Positions 1 to 9,968 of a stretch of DNA of 64,000 nt are shown here, piece after piece. Each line of letters opens with the position of its first letter. Position 1 is the first letter of the stretch. The notes under the pieces are model-generated. The model was not told the origin of the DNA, did not search any database, and saw only the letters and a list, made by a program, of their open reading frames with translations. Origin of the DNA: Spirochaetia bacterium (GTDB lineage Bacteria > Spirochaetota > Spirochaetia > UBA9216). The stretch spans positions 320,001 to 384,000 of the forward strand of contig OY776510.1 of NCBI GenBank assembly GCA_963675665.1, in the 5' to 3' direction. Both the position numbers and the translations under genes were made by a program.

Positions 1-929
1 CCCTTAAAAGCTCCGTTAACAGCCGACTCAACAGCCAGGTATGTTGCCTGAACAATTTTTTTCTCAGCCGAGGTTAGAACAGTATCGGGAGCGGTAGCAT
101 TCTGATCTACGTCAACACCGATAGCAAGAACGCCCTCTTCCTTGCATGCATTGATTGCGCCAAGGCCTGTAAGACCGGCGGCATGGAAAACAATGTCCGC
201 GCCCTGCTGGATCATGGCAAGAGCAAGTTCCTTGCCCTTTGCCTGGTCGGTGAAATCGCCTGCAGTTGCGCTGAGCACTTCAATATCGGGATTCACGCTT
301 CTTGCACCGGCAATAAATCCTACTTCATATTTTTCAACGGGAGGAATAAACATGCCGAGAACAACGCCGATTACATTGTCGTCATTAAGCTTGTCTGATG
401 CCGACGCATATTCTTTTGTCATCAGCCCGGCGACAATTCCTGCAAGATATCCGGCTTCATGCTCGTTAAAAACAATACCCATGAAGTTATCGGGAGAACT
501 TTCTCCTGCGGAAATATCAATACCGGCAAAAAGAGTGTCGGGATTGTTAACTGCCGCTTCGTTTACAGCCTGATCCATAAGAAATCCAACGGCAAAAACT
601 ACATCAGCACCGTCTTCAGCAAGACCTGAGAGATTTGGAACATAGTCTGTCTGCTGTTTTGACTGAACTACTCTTGCTTCAGTGCCGAGTTCTTTTTCAG
701 CCATCTTCAGGCCGCCGTAAGCGCCGTCGTTAAAAGATTTGTCGCCGAGTCCGCCAACGTCTGTTGCCATGGCGGCAATCATGCCTTCACCCGGAAGCGC
801 GGGAGCTGCTGCCTTTGTTTCTTCCGCTGCTGCGGGAGCTTCAGCTGCTTCTTCTTTCTTGCACGACATACTACCTAATGCCACAAGCAAAATCAGGAGC
901 ACAAGACCGATAATTCTTGCTTTTTTCAT
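1..929 (-). CDS. BMP/PnrA/TmpC-family nucleoside ABC transporter substrate-binding lipoprotein (3' end runs off the window)
   Basis: Not in the ORF track because it is truncated. Read by hand from ATG at 929 (GGAGG upstream): MKKARIIGLVLLILLVALGSMSC (lipobox-like), then ATDVGGLGDKSFND, GFLM, FNEHEAGYLAG, GADIVFHAAG, AIGVDVDQ, all typical BMP motifs. Confidence 0.9.
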   Translation of the reverse strand, partial: MKKARIIGLVLLILLVALGSMSCKKEEAAEAPAAAEETKAAAPALPGEGMIAAMATDVGGLGDKSFNDGAYGGLKMAEKELGTEARVVQSKQQTDYVPNLSGLAEDGADVVFAVGFLMDQAVNEAAVNNPDTLFAGIDISAGESSPDNFMGIVFNEHEAGYLAGIVAGLMTKEYASASDKLNDDNVIGVVLGMFIPPVEKYEVGFIAGARSVNPDIEVLSATAGDFTDQAKGKELALAMIQQGADIVFHAAGLTGLGAINACKEEGVLAIGVDVDQNATAPDTVLTSAEKKIVQATYLAVESAVNGAFK

Positions 930-971
930 TTTTTCCTCCAAGATAATTAAATGAATTAAATGAACCTTCTA

Positions 972-1000
972 ATGTTATCCTTATTGATCACCTAAGTCAA
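972..1000 (-). promoter_or_regulatory. Putative sigma70 promoter of the bmp gene
   Basis: Minus strand TTGACT-17 nt-TAACAT about 40 nt upstream of the ATG. Confidence 0.5.
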
Positions 1001-1085
1001 TCAGATTTTTGTCCTCATGAATAGATTTAACAAAACCCCTGAATATCGGTCTGATTCTCAATGCGGAAAATATACGTTACAGGTA

Positions 1086-2114
1086 TTAAACTATGCTTTT
1101 AAAAAGCGCCTCAATATTCTCAGGAGGAATGTCCGGCAGGATTGCTTCGTGGCTGGGAGACAGGATTAAACCTGTTGGAAAAATCTGTTTCAGCTCAGCT
1201 ACCTTCTTCCGTACATCATCAACCGCACCGTTAACCAGCAGATGCTGGGCGTCAATCCCGCCGCAGAAAGCCACCCTGTTTCCAAATTCATCTTTCAGCG
1301 AACCGGGCTCCATTCCTTTTGCAAGGGCCTGAATCGGATGAATGACATCAACACCGATGTCAATCAAATCGCCTATTATCGGCCTTATGGAACCGCATGA
1401 ATGATGTATAACCTTTAAACCGTATTTATGCGCCTGTTCAACAAGTTTCCCGGTCCCGGGAAGCACAAGATCATTGATAAGTTCTCTGGACAACATCAGA
1501 TTTTCCTGGCTGCCGAGATCATTTCCAATCAGAACAGCATGAAGCTTGCCTTTTGCAGCTTTATAAAAGATTTCATTCGCCTCAAGATAAAACTTGAGTA
1601 TTCGGTCAATCACAGCCTTAAACATCTCCGGTTCAAGGATCATTTTCATCATTGCCGTTTCCATACCGAAGGCGGCACAGGCATCCTGAAAATGCGCTGA
1701 CCAGACAACTCCCAAAACAGCTTTATCTTCCGGCGCAGCCTCAACCGCCCTGAGGCATTCTTCCGGGTCAATGTACTTTTTCGGATCAGGCCAGTCAAAA
1801 TCATCAACAAGAGACGGATCGGAATAATCTTCAAAAAAGCCTGCAGCGGTCAGGGTCCGTTCGACCTCGTCGCCTTTAAACTCTTTTCCAAAATCAAAGG
1901 CCGCATAGATGGCATTACTGGTTGGTGATTTATAGGGAAGCTCTACGGGATAGATATCATCATTTACAGCTTCAGACATTTCCCTGATATCTTTTATCCT
2001 GAAATAATCCAAAAGAGCCTGATGCGCTTCCGGGACCGGAAGTCCCAACCAGCTTGCCGGGTAATCTACGGGCTCTCTGTTTATTGTTGCGTAAAATCTT
2101 TCAATATGTTTCAT
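1086..2114 (-). CDS. UroD/MetE (MtaA/CmuA-like) superfamily protein 1
   Basis: 342 aa. Motifs GNDLGSQ, IHHSCGSI, HPIQ, FCGGIDAQ, LSPSHEAI, PPENI. Confidence 0.85.
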   Translation of the reverse strand: MKHIERFYATINREPVDYPASWLGLPVPEAHQALLDYFRIKDIREMSEAVNDDIYPVELPYKSPTSNAIYAAFDFGKEFKGDEVERTLTAAGFFEDYSDPSLVDDFDWPDPKKYIDPEECLRAVEAAPEDKAVLGVVWSAHFQDACAAFGMETAMMKMILEPEMFKAVIDRILKFYLEANEIFYKAAKGKLHAVLIGNDLGSQENLMLSRELINDLVLPGTGKLVEQAHKYGLKVIHHSCGSIRPIIGDLIDIGVDVIHPIQALAKGMEPGSLKDEFGNRVAFCGGIDAQHLLVNGAVDDVRKKVAELKQIFPTGLILSPSHEAILPDIPPENIEALFKSIV

Positions 2115-2154
2115 GGTTTTCTTTTACCTGTATTTAAATATTTGGTCATACGAT

Positions 2155-3342
2155 CTACATTTCAGCAATATCATATTCGCCGAGTTCAAGCGGATAGTTT
2201 CCATATTTACGCATTAACCCGACAACATACTCATAACGTTCGGCACTGACATTACTGGGCACGGAATGATCGGACTGAACTATATACCCGCCGCCTTTTG
2301 CCGCATTCAGTTTTGTCAGCACTTCTGCTTTAAGTTCTTCAATAGGCGCATCGGCCCATTTCATGGCATTAATATTTCCGCAGAATCCCATTTTATGACC
2401 ATACTGTTTTCTTATATCAACAACATCAAGGCCGGATTTTGCTTCAAGGGGGTTGTAGGAATCGAGCCCCATCTCAATAAAATCCGGATAGATAGCCGAG
2501 GCATTTCCACAACCGTGATATATGACGGGAAGATTCCTGGAATGACAGTAATCAATTATTGCCTTTACACCGGGTTTGAAATGTCGGCGCCAGTAATCGG
2601 GTGAAAAAAGCATGCCATTAACATAGGCAACATCACCCCAGATAACCATTCCGTCAAGCAGGCCGTCCGCCGCTTGAATCTGGGCTTTCACCAGTTCAAA
2701 GTTAAACTCATTAACGCGTTTCAGAAACTTGCCCAGTTCTTCAGGATACAAACCCATCCACAGCATCATGTTTTCAGAACCGATAATTCTCCAACCTTCC
2801 TCATGGCCCTCGCAAACCGATCCGTAAACCGGGAAATCGGGATGAAGTGATTTCACAGTCTCTATCCAGGGCGGACTGTTACGGGTAATCACTTCGGACA
2901 CGCCTGCAATCTGGTTGTCTCCGCCCTTGAAAAAACGTCTCTCATCCCACGGATCATCAAATTTAAATGCTTTCATTTTGTCAACAGTATCTGTATCAAA
3001 ATGTTCAAAATACGGCATCTGCCTGCCGTCGCGATGCCTGATTACAGCCTCAAAACCGGTTCTCACAAGCATATCGCCGTCATTATCAGAAAGAATTTCA
3101 AAGTCTTTGATATGGGGATCCATGTTGGGAGTAGTGGCAATCCAGTCAAGATCATAATGATAATAAGGACTTGCATCCTTGGGAAGTCCAAGTTCCTGCT
3201 GCCATCGATCTATAAATGTGAGCCAGAAAAAATCACTGAATGGGACTCTGTCAGGTTCCTGATGTGATAGTGCAGTATTCATTCTGCCAAGTTTTTTTAA
3301 ACAATTATCAGTTCTATTCACAGTTATAACCCTTTCTACCAA
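2155..3342 (-). CDS. UroD/MetE superfamily protein 2
   Basis: 395 aa. Motifs HQEPDRVP, WGDVAY, YHGCGNA, NPLE, FCGNI, GGGYIVQSDHSV. Confidence 0.85.
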   Translation of the reverse strand: MVERVITVNRTDNCLKKLGRMNTALSHQEPDRVPFSDFFWLTFIDRWQQELGLPKDASPYYHYDLDWIATTPNMDPHIKDFEILSDNDGDMLVRTGFEAVIRHRDGRQMPYFEHFDTDTVDKMKAFKFDDPWDERRFFKGGDNQIAGVSEVITRNSPPWIETVKSLHPDFPVYGSVCEGHEEGWRIIGSENMMLWMGLYPEELGKFLKRVNEFNFELVKAQIQAADGLLDGMVIWGDVAYVNGMLFSPDYWRRHFKPGVKAIIDYCHSRNLPVIYHGCGNASAIYPDFIEMGLDSYNPLEAKSGLDVVDIRKQYGHKMGFCGNINAMKWADAPIEELKAEVLTKLNAAKGGGYIVQSDHSVPSNVSAERYEYVVGLMRKYGNYPLELGEYDIAEM

Positions 3343-3402
3343 TTGAGTAATTTCTTCAAGTTCAATTTATTGAAATCATTCCGGCAGAACCGCCGGAAAT
3401 AT

Positions 3403-3425
3403 CTGCCGCGGATAGCCCGCGGCAG
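3403..3425 (-). terminator. GC-rich stem-loop downstream of the binding-protein gene (terminator or mRNA stabiliser)
   Basis: CTGCCGCGG-atagc-CCGCGGCAG perfect 9-bp stem. A second weaker hairpin (ttccggc...gccggaa) is adjacent. Confidence 0.55.
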
Positions 3426-3440
3426 TCGTTTTTCGAATTC

Positions 3441-4637
3441 CTACCACTGGGGCGGATAAAATTCTTCTACATCATCAATTGTAATCATATGCTGGGGAAG
3501 GTTTCTGATTGGTTCGATTTCTTTTCCGTTAAACCAGTCTGCTGCAGTTTTTACAGCAAGAGCTCCATCGCCTTCTGCCGTCTGATAAGTGATAGCGTAA
3601 AGCTTGCCTTCCTTAACAAGGTCCATGCCGACTTTGCTGTTTCCGGCTGCGATAACTACAACATCTTCACGTCCGGCTTTTTTGAGTGCTTCAAAGATTC
3701 CAAGAGCCTGGGCCGAGTCATCAGCCGCACAAATGCCCTTAAGGTCATCGCCGAATCGGGTAAGCCAGTCGGATACAAGCTGCATTGTTTTATCAGCTTC
3801 AAATCCGGGAGCCTGTTTGTCGAGGACTTCAATTCCGGGAGCATATTCGGCAAGTTCGGATATCGGACCGAAACATCTTGCAAAATAGGGAGATCCACCG
3901 GGGGCGTGCTGTATATAGGCAACTCCGCCTTCTTTTCCAAGCTTGTCTGCCCAGAGTCTGGCAAGCTTTCTGAACTGACCGAAGTCATCCGGTCCGGTCC
4001 ATGCAATTGCATAATCCATTGCTGCTGCATCAGGAAGGGTGTTGAAGAGTATCAAAGGTATGCCGGCTTTGTTTATTTTTCTTGCCTGCTGGGGAGCTGT
4101 TTTTGCATCTAACGGGATCAGAAGGATCATGTCGGGTCTTTCGTTTATTGCCTGGTCGATCATCTGGTTCTGTACGGCAAGATCCCAGTTCGGGGACTGA
4201 ATCTTGATATCCATTTTGTAGGTATCAGCTACTTTCTGAGCTCCTGTAGTACATGCGGTTGTCCATGGATGGTCGCCGTGTACGATCATTATTACCTTTT
4301 TGCCAATTGCACCGTCTGCCGGGGATGCAGGGATGTTTGTCTTGTTTGTAATTTCTCCTGCAAACTCCATGTCCCACCAGTGCAGTGGATCTTCTTCAGG
4401 TAATGCTGAAGGGTCTGCCGGCCTTTGAGGTACTGTTCTTTTAGTTCCTCCTACCTTGATAAGCGCCTGTCCGTCGGCTGCGGTAAGAGCCAGCGCTTTC
4501 TCATCCAGTGCAAGTGATGCAGCAAGGTTTCCGTTGTCAACTGACGCTGATCCGGCTTCCTGTTGTCCGCCTGCGAACACCATTCCAACTGATGCAGTCA
4601 GCAGCAGTACCATCAAAAGTGTCAAAATCTTTTTCAT
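3441..4637 (-). CDS. Sugar ABC transporter substrate-binding protein (RbsB-like, CUT2)
   Basis: 398 aa. Signal peptide followed by AGGQQE. Peripla_BP-type segments (QNQMIDQAINERPDMILLIP, KAGIPLI, GICAADD). Lies next to the permeases and ATPase. Confidence 0.9.
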   Translation of the reverse strand: MKKILTLLMVLLLTASVGMVFAGGQQEAGSASVDNGNLAASLALDEKALALTAADGQALIKVGGTKRTVPQRPADPSALPEEDPLHWWDMEFAGEITNKTNIPASPADGAIGKKVIMIVHGDHPWTTACTTGAQKVADTYKMDIKIQSPNWDLAVQNQMIDQAINERPDMILLIPLDAKTAPQQARKINKAGIPLILFNTLPDAAAMDYAIAWTGPDDFGQFRKLARLWADKLGKEGGVAYIQHAPGGSPYFARCFGPISELAEYAPGIEVLDKQAPGFEADKTMQLVSDWLTRFGDDLKGICAADDSAQALGIFEALKKAGREDVVVIAAGNSKVGMDLVKEGKLYAITYQTAEGDGALAVKTAADWFNGKEIEPIRNLPQHMITIDDVEEFYPPQW

Positions 4638-4669
4638 CGTTTCCTCCGTTTAAAATATTCCAACAGGCT

Positions 4670-5698
4670 TTATGCCTGGTTCTGGACTTCAAGTTCTTTC
4701 ATCAGCTCAGGACGCTGACCTATTATTTTTTCATGTTTATATGCAACCCAGGCTTCATAAAGCACAACTGTTGCAAGAATAATACCGGCTATAAAAATCT
4801 TAACTTCGTTTCCAAGACCGAAGAGAATAATTCCGTTATACAGAACATCAAGCATCAGAATCGCCATAAAGGTTTTAAAAATCCCGCCCTTGCCGCCCGA
4901 CATTGCCGTTCCTCCGATAATTGTTGCGGATATAACGTACATCAGGGAAGATGTTCCCATATTCAGGGTTGCTGCGGCGCTTTCCATGGCAAAGAGGACT
5001 CCGCCGATACCGGCAAAGACACCCGACATGATAAAAGCGGCGATAGTGTATCTGTCGGTATCAATTCCGGCCAGCCAGGCAGTCTGAACATTACCGCCGA
5101 CCATATAGAAGTTCCGGCCTGTCCGGGTTTTTCTCATAAAGAAACTGGCGGCCACAACAAGAATAACCGTAATCAGAACCCTCGGAGTCACCAGGGGAAA
5201 GATCATCATTCCCAGCCAGTCCGAGACTGCAAATGCATCCGGAGTTGACAAGCTTACGGAATTACCTCCGGTAAAAGTATAAATTGCCCCCTGAAGAACC
5301 GTCATCATTCCCAATGTTACGATGAACGAATTGATTTTTGCTTTTGCAACAAGCAATCCGTTAACAAGTCCTATCAGACCGCTGGCAATTATCGCCACGG
5401 GAACACTTCCGCCGAACCCAAGATATTCTTTGAGCCCCAGCCCGAGAATACCTGTAAACGTAATAATGGTACCGATAGACAAATCAAGCTGTCCGATGAT
5501 TAAAATGACTGTAAATCCTATAGCTACAGTAGCATTCATGGCCATTGTGCGCATTATGGTTGTAAGATTAAAAACATTGAAAAACCTGGGGGCAAAAACT
5601 GCCATAAACAGGAACACCAGGCCAAAAAGCAGGAAGATCCTGTTCCGGTCGACCAGTACCAATATTGAACTCTTTTTCTTTATTTTATTATGCATCAT
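4670..5698 (-). CDS. Sugar ABC transporter permease (RbsC-like)
   Basis: 342 aa, hydrophobic. Motifs GQLDLSIG, SFIVTLG, GGNVQTAWLAGI, IIGGTAMSGGKG. Confidence 0.9.
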   Translation of the reverse strand: MMHNKIKKKSSILVLVDRNRIFLLFGLVFLFMAVFAPRFFNVFNLTTIMRTMAMNATVAIGFTVILIIGQLDLSIGTIITFTGILGLGLKEYLGFGGSVPVAIIASGLIGLVNGLLVAKAKINSFIVTLGMMTVLQGAIYTFTGGNSVSLSTPDAFAVSDWLGMMIFPLVTPRVLITVILVVAASFFMRKTRTGRNFYMVGGNVQTAWLAGIDTDRYTIAAFIMSGVFAGIGGVLFAMESAAATLNMGTSSLMYVISATIIGGTAMSGGKGGIFKTFMAILMLDVLYNGIILFGLGNEVKIFIAGIILATVVLYEAWVAYKHEKIIGQRPELMKELEVQNQA

Positions 5699-6722
5699 CC
5701 CGTCCCAATGTCCTAAGCGATTTAGCGTTAATTCCGACTACAATAATGAAAATTGCACCCCTGATCATATCCTGTGAGAATGTTCCGATACCCAAAAGCG
5801 TCATGATATTATTCATCAATCCGATAATCAGAACTCCTCCGAGGACCCCGATTATCGAACCTCTTCCGCCGGCAAGGGTCATACCGCCGATAACTATTGC
5901 AGTTACCGCCTTAAAGTCGTATCCTCCGCCGTTGTAATATGCCCCGACCCTGGAAAGCGAGGTAATAGTAAGACCGCCCAGGGTAGCCGTCAGTGCGCAG
6001 ATAATAAAACTCAGACCGATTATTCTCTCAACATTGACGCCAGAAAACTTCGCAGCCTTATTTGCCGCGCCCGTGAACTTCAGCTGCTGACCGAATTTGG
6101 TCCGCTTCATGAGGAAATTCATGAGAATTACGAGTATTATCAGAAATACAACCGGAAGAGCAATCTTGTTAAAAAATCTCAATCGGTAAATACTGTCGAA
6201 AAGATCGCTTGCCCGCTGAGATTTGGCTATCATGTCCGGATAAATCTGCTTATTCACCCATACAAGCCTGATAACGCCCAGAGTTACGTAATTTACAGCC
6301 AGCGTCCAGATAATGGGATTAGCCTTGAACTTTCCTATTGCAACTGCGTTGACAAACCCGATAGCAAGGCCGACAAGTACTGCAACCAGAACTGCAGGAA
6401 GAAATCCGAACTTCAGCATCTGAACGGCAACAATACCGGTCAGGGCCATTGTTGTGGGAACCGACAAATCGGCATAGTGTCCCGAGTAGGTTACAAAAGC
6501 CATACCCACGGCAACAATGCCGAGCATTGAAACCGCATCTACAATATTAAGCATATTCTGCGCAGTCAGAAAATTATTAATAACCCCGAGTGCCTGCAGA
6601 ATAATACCCAGAAGAAGAAACATTGCGGCAACTGCATATATCCCTACTCCATGGAGTATTTTTCCAAGAATATTATATTGAGTGGATCTGCTGTCCACTG
6701 TTTTCGTATTTTCCATCAGCAA
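5688..6722 (-). CDS. Sugar ABC transporter permease (RbsC-like)
   Basis: 344 aa, hydrophobic. Motifs ADLSV, AAKFSGVNV, VIGGMTLAGGRGS. Confidence 0.9.
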   Translation of the reverse strand: MLMENTKTVDSRSTQYNILGKILHGVGIYAVAAMFLLLGIILQALGVINNFLTAQNMLNIVDAVSMLGIVAVGMAFVTYSGHYADLSVPTTMALTGIVAVQMLKFGFLPAVLVAVLVGLAIGFVNAVAIGKFKANPIIWTLAVNYVTLGVIRLVWVNKQIYPDMIAKSQRASDLFDSIYRLRFFNKIALPVVFLIILVILMNFLMKRTKFGQQLKFTGAANKAAKFSGVNVERIIGLSFIICALTATLGGLTITSLSRVGAYYNGGGYDFKAVTAIVIGGMTLAGGRGSIIGVLGGVLIIGLMNNIMTLLGIGTFSQDMIRGAIFIIVVGINAKSLRTLGRDDA

Positions 6723-8224
6723 ATCCCCTCGCCGTTTGCTGCAAGAAGAACACTTTCCTCGGTACAGCCCGATTGATCCATTTCATGTATAAGATGTCCC
6801 TGACGCAGGACTATGACTCTGTTCGACAAGGAAACCAGCTCGGGAAGATCCGAAGAGATTAACAGAATGGTCGTTCCGGTTGCCGCCAATTTTTCTATCG
6901 ACTTATGAATTGTCATTTTGGCGCCTATATCTACCCCCCTGGTCGGTTCATCAAGAATAAGAACCTTCGGTTCCATTGCAAGCCATTTGGCAAGCAGAAC
7001 CTTCTGCTGGTTCCCTCCCGACAGGTTCCCGGTGATCCGCTCCGGATCAGGCGGATAAATTGACAACTCGCCAATCAGGTCTTTTACCTTTTGAAGACCT
7101 TTGGCTTCCTGATAAACACCATTCGGTGAAAGCTGCGGTATTATTCCGGCAAGGATATTTTCTTTCACATCAAGTCTCAATGCAAGACCTTCAGTTTTCC
7201 TGTTTTCAGTAAGATAGGTTATACCGTCTTTGAGGGCATCGGCCATTGTCCGCGGCCTGATTTCCTTATTGTCAATTAATACCCTGCCCCCGGATCTGTC
7301 ATCAAGACCGACCAAAACCCTTGCAAGCTCACTTCGTCCGGCGCCCGAAAGCCCGCAGATACCGAGAACTTCGCCCTTATGAGCTTTGAAAGACACATTA
7401 TGAAAGAAACCGTACCGTGAAAGATTTTCAACCTCAAGCCTCACTTCCTGCTGGGAATGGCTTTCATGGGAATAGAATTCCTTTACAGAACGGCCCACCA
7501 TCATCTGAACAAGCTCTTCACTTGTAACGTCTTCAATATTTCTTGTATCGATGCGTTTCCCGTCGCGCATGACCGTCACCCTGTCGGCTATCTCAAAAAT
7601 CTCCGGAAGATGATGTGATATATAAATGATAGCAAGACCGCGGTTTTTAAGCCTTTTGATTATTTCAAACAGCCTTTCCACTTCTTCCCGGGATAAAGCA
7701 GAAGTAGGCTCGTCCATAACCAGAATGCAGGGATTATTACCAAGAGCCTTGCCTATTTCTACCAGCTGACTTTCATGCTGGCTGATTTCTTCAATTTCGA
7801 TATCCGGGTCAAGATGCTCAAGCCCTACCAGCTTCAGACAACGCTTTGTCTCCTTGAAGATTTTTTCCTTGTCGAGAAACAACCCTTTTTTGGGAAGCCG
7901 CCCGACAAGCACGTTTTCGGAGATGCTCAACGGAAGGGCAAGACTCAGCTCCTGATATATCATCTCGATGCCGTTCCTTTTTGAAGCTACCGGGCTATAC
8001 AGCCTGGTTTCTTTTGAAGCAATATATATTTCACCTGAATAATCATCAAAAGATCCGGCAATAATCTTCATCAGGGTCGATTTACCTGCGCCATTCTCGC
8101 CTATAAGAGCATGAACTTCTCCTGCCCTTACATCAAAATCAACATTATCCACGGCGAGTGTGCCCGGGAAACTTTTACTGACACCCTTCATCCTTAATGC
8201 TATACCTAATTCCTGGTCACTCAA
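6716..8224 (-). CDS. Sugar ABC transporter ATP-binding protein (RbsA/MglA-like, two NBDs)
   Basis: 502 aa. Motifs GENGAGKST, LVMDEPT, LSGGNQQK, ILDEPTRGVDIGAK. Confidence 0.95.
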   Translation of the reverse strand: MSDQELGIALRMKGVSKSFPGTLAVDNVDFDVRAGEVHALIGENGAGKSTLMKIIAGSFDDYSGEIYIASKETRLYSPVASKRNGIEMIYQELSLALPLSISENVLVGRLPKKGLFLDKEKIFKETKRCLKLVGLEHLDPDIEIEEISQHESQLVEIGKALGNNPCILVMDEPTSALSREEVERLFEIIKRLKNRGLAIIYISHHLPEIFEIADRVTVMRDGKRIDTRNIEDVTSEELVQMMVGRSVKEFYSHESHSQQEVRLEVENLSRYGFFHNVSFKAHKGEVLGICGLSGAGRSELARVLVGLDDRSGGRVLIDNKEIRPRTMADALKDGITYLTENRKTEGLALRLDVKENILAGIIPQLSPNGVYQEAKGLQKVKDLIGELSIYPPDPERITGNLSGGNQQKVLLAKWLAMEPKVLILDEPTRGVDIGAKMTIHKSIEKLAATGTTILLISSDLPELVSLSNRVIVLRQGHLIHEMDQSGCTEESVLLAANGEGIC

Positions 8225-8354
8225 TTTTTATCCTCTTTCAAATAAACTAATACAGTTTAATGGTAAACCCGTAAAAATTATCACTCAACAGTGAATATTA
8301 GTTATTCATCTGTAATTTCTTGATACTTCTTGTAATTTTTTACTGTTCCGGTGC

Positions 8355-8678
8355 TCAATCAAGATGATAGAGCTCTTCCATATCAGCCCACCATTCTCCG
8401 TCTTTTCTGGTCTCAAGAGGCTTCTGCATCGGCATCATAATATCCCACCATTCCCGCGTCTTAGGATCATCAGCCATTTTTCTCATATCAGCCTCATAAT
8501 CTGAACCGACATACTCAAAATAGGCAAATAACATTCCGTCTTTATAGAAAATGGAATAGTTTCTGATATTACACGCGCTTATCATTGTGTTTATTTCAGG
8601 CCAGACCTCTGCATGATATTTTTTATAACTGTCAAAATGTTCCGGTCTTACTCCAATAAGCTGTCCGAATCTTCTCAC
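8355..8678 (-). CDS. rhaM: L-rhamnose mutarotase family protein
   Basis: 107 aa. Motifs YKKYHAEVWPE, IRNYSIF, LFAYFEY, WWDIM, WADMEELYHLD. GTG start 7 nt after GGAGG. Confidence 0.85.
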   Translation of the reverse strand: MRRFGQLIGVRPEHFDSYKKYHAEVWPEINTMISACNIRNYSIFYKDGMLFAYFEYVGSDYEADMRKMADDPKTREWWDIMMPMQKPLETRKDGEWWADMEELYHLD

Positions 8679-8882
8679 CTCATATCCTCCGTTTTTAATA
8701 TCCTAACACGAATTTTTTACATGTCAAGTTATTTTGTTAAAATTTTATCCTCATTGGTAATATTTTTAACAAATTTTAGCTAATATTTTTGATAAACAGG
8801 GTTTTTTGGGGATTATACACCCTCAAACATCATTTATACTGGCTGTATTTGCTAAATTTTGCTAAAATATTTTTTATTTCAA

Positions 8883-8929
8883 TTGACAACATCATAATAA
8901 GTGATAAAATACTGCTAAATTATTTTACC
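8883..8929 (+). promoter_or_regulatory. Promoter and candidate operator of LacI paralogue 1
   Basis: TTGACA (8883) and TG-a-TAAAAT (8902-8910). Inverted repeat GATAAAATA-N9-TATTTTACC at 8903-8929. Confidence 0.5.
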
Positions 8930-8939
8930 TGGATTGTTT

Positions 8940-9965
8940 ATGAAACCGAAATTACGAGATGTTGCAGAACGCGCAGGCGTATCAATTACAGCCGCTTCGA
9001 TGGCTCTTTCAGAATCCGGCAGAATTTCTGACGAAACAAGAAAGAAGGTTCTGAAAGCCGCAGAGGAACTGGGATATAAACGCAAACAGAAATCAAACAG
9101 GATTACGAGTTTTAATCATGTCGGAGTTTTGGTCAGCACTGATTATAAATGGGCGTTCATCTGGAAGTTTATCCGTCCGCTAATCGAGCAGATAGAAGTG
9201 GAGCTTAAGGCATATGATCTTAATCTCATCCTGATACCCATTTCTCACGATTCCTCACCGGAAGCAATATATAAAAAGATAACATCGTCTGGCTCCGGCG
9301 CGGTAATTTCGCTTCATTACGGCAACGACGACCTTTTTACAAGGCTTGAAAACACCGGAACCCATGTTATAGTAGTCATGAAATCGGACTTTCATGACCG
9401 TTATTACTCGGTTTGCGTAGACGACTTTCAGGGAGCATACGAAGCCGGCTGTCATTTAATCAGGCTCGGACATAAAAAAATTGCTTATGTAGGTGTAGAA
9501 CGCCCCGAGCTGCCTGCTCTTTCCAACGACAGGTTTATCGGCTTTAAAAAGGCAATGGATGTTAACGGTTTGACGCTTCCGGACGAAAACATATTTGAAT
9601 TCGAGACGGGGCACATGGACAAGCTCAGAAAAGATCTGTATCCGGTATTCAACCCGGGAAAAACCGAACGTCCTACTGCGGTATTCTGTCTCGATGATGA
9701 CCTTGCGCTCAGAGTAGTTATGGCGCTTCGCGATATGACCCTTTCCATCCCTGAAGATGTTTCCATCATTGCTCCCGGCGACGTGCTTGATTATAATTTG
9801 CCCTATATACCGCCAATCACCACCATGCAGATAGACACATCCTATATGGGGAAAATAGTCGCACAGATGCTTGTAAACAGAATAGAACATTCTCCGGACT
9901 CGCAGCACGGATTGAAAGTTCAGCAGCACCTTGTAGAACGGGGCAGCTGCCGGGCTTTAAAATAA
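8940..9965 (+). CDS. LacI-family transcriptional regulator (paralogue 1)
   Basis: HTH KLRDVAERAGVSITAASMAL. Sugar-binding domain with SVCVDDFQGAYE, GHKKIAY, IPEDVSII. ATG at 8940 preferred over the TTG at 8934. Confidence 0.9.
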   Translation: MKPKLRDVAERAGVSITAASMALSESGRISDETRKKVLKAAEELGYKRKQKSNRITSFNHVGVLVSTDYKWAFIWKFIRPLIEQIEVELKAYDLNLILIPISHDSSPEAIYKKITSSGSGAVISLHYGNDDLFTRLENTGTHVIVVMKSDFHDRYYSVCVDDFQGAYEAGCHLIRLGHKKIAYVGVERPELPALSNDRFIGFKKAMDVNGLTLPDENIFEFETGHMDKLRKDLYPVFNPGKTERPTAVFCLDDDLALRVVMALRDMTLSIPEDVSIIAPGDVLDYNLPYIPPITTMQIDTSYMGKIVAQMLVNRIEHSPDSQHGLKVQQHLVERGSCRALK

Positions 9966-9968
9966 CAG

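Noticed and set aside
3489-5248. Long plus-strand ORFs (3489-4112, 4508-5248) and similar shadow ORFs elsewhere (17131-17721, 33912-34586, 36008-36865)
   Set aside because: They lie antisense to well-supported genes and show no recognisable motifs.
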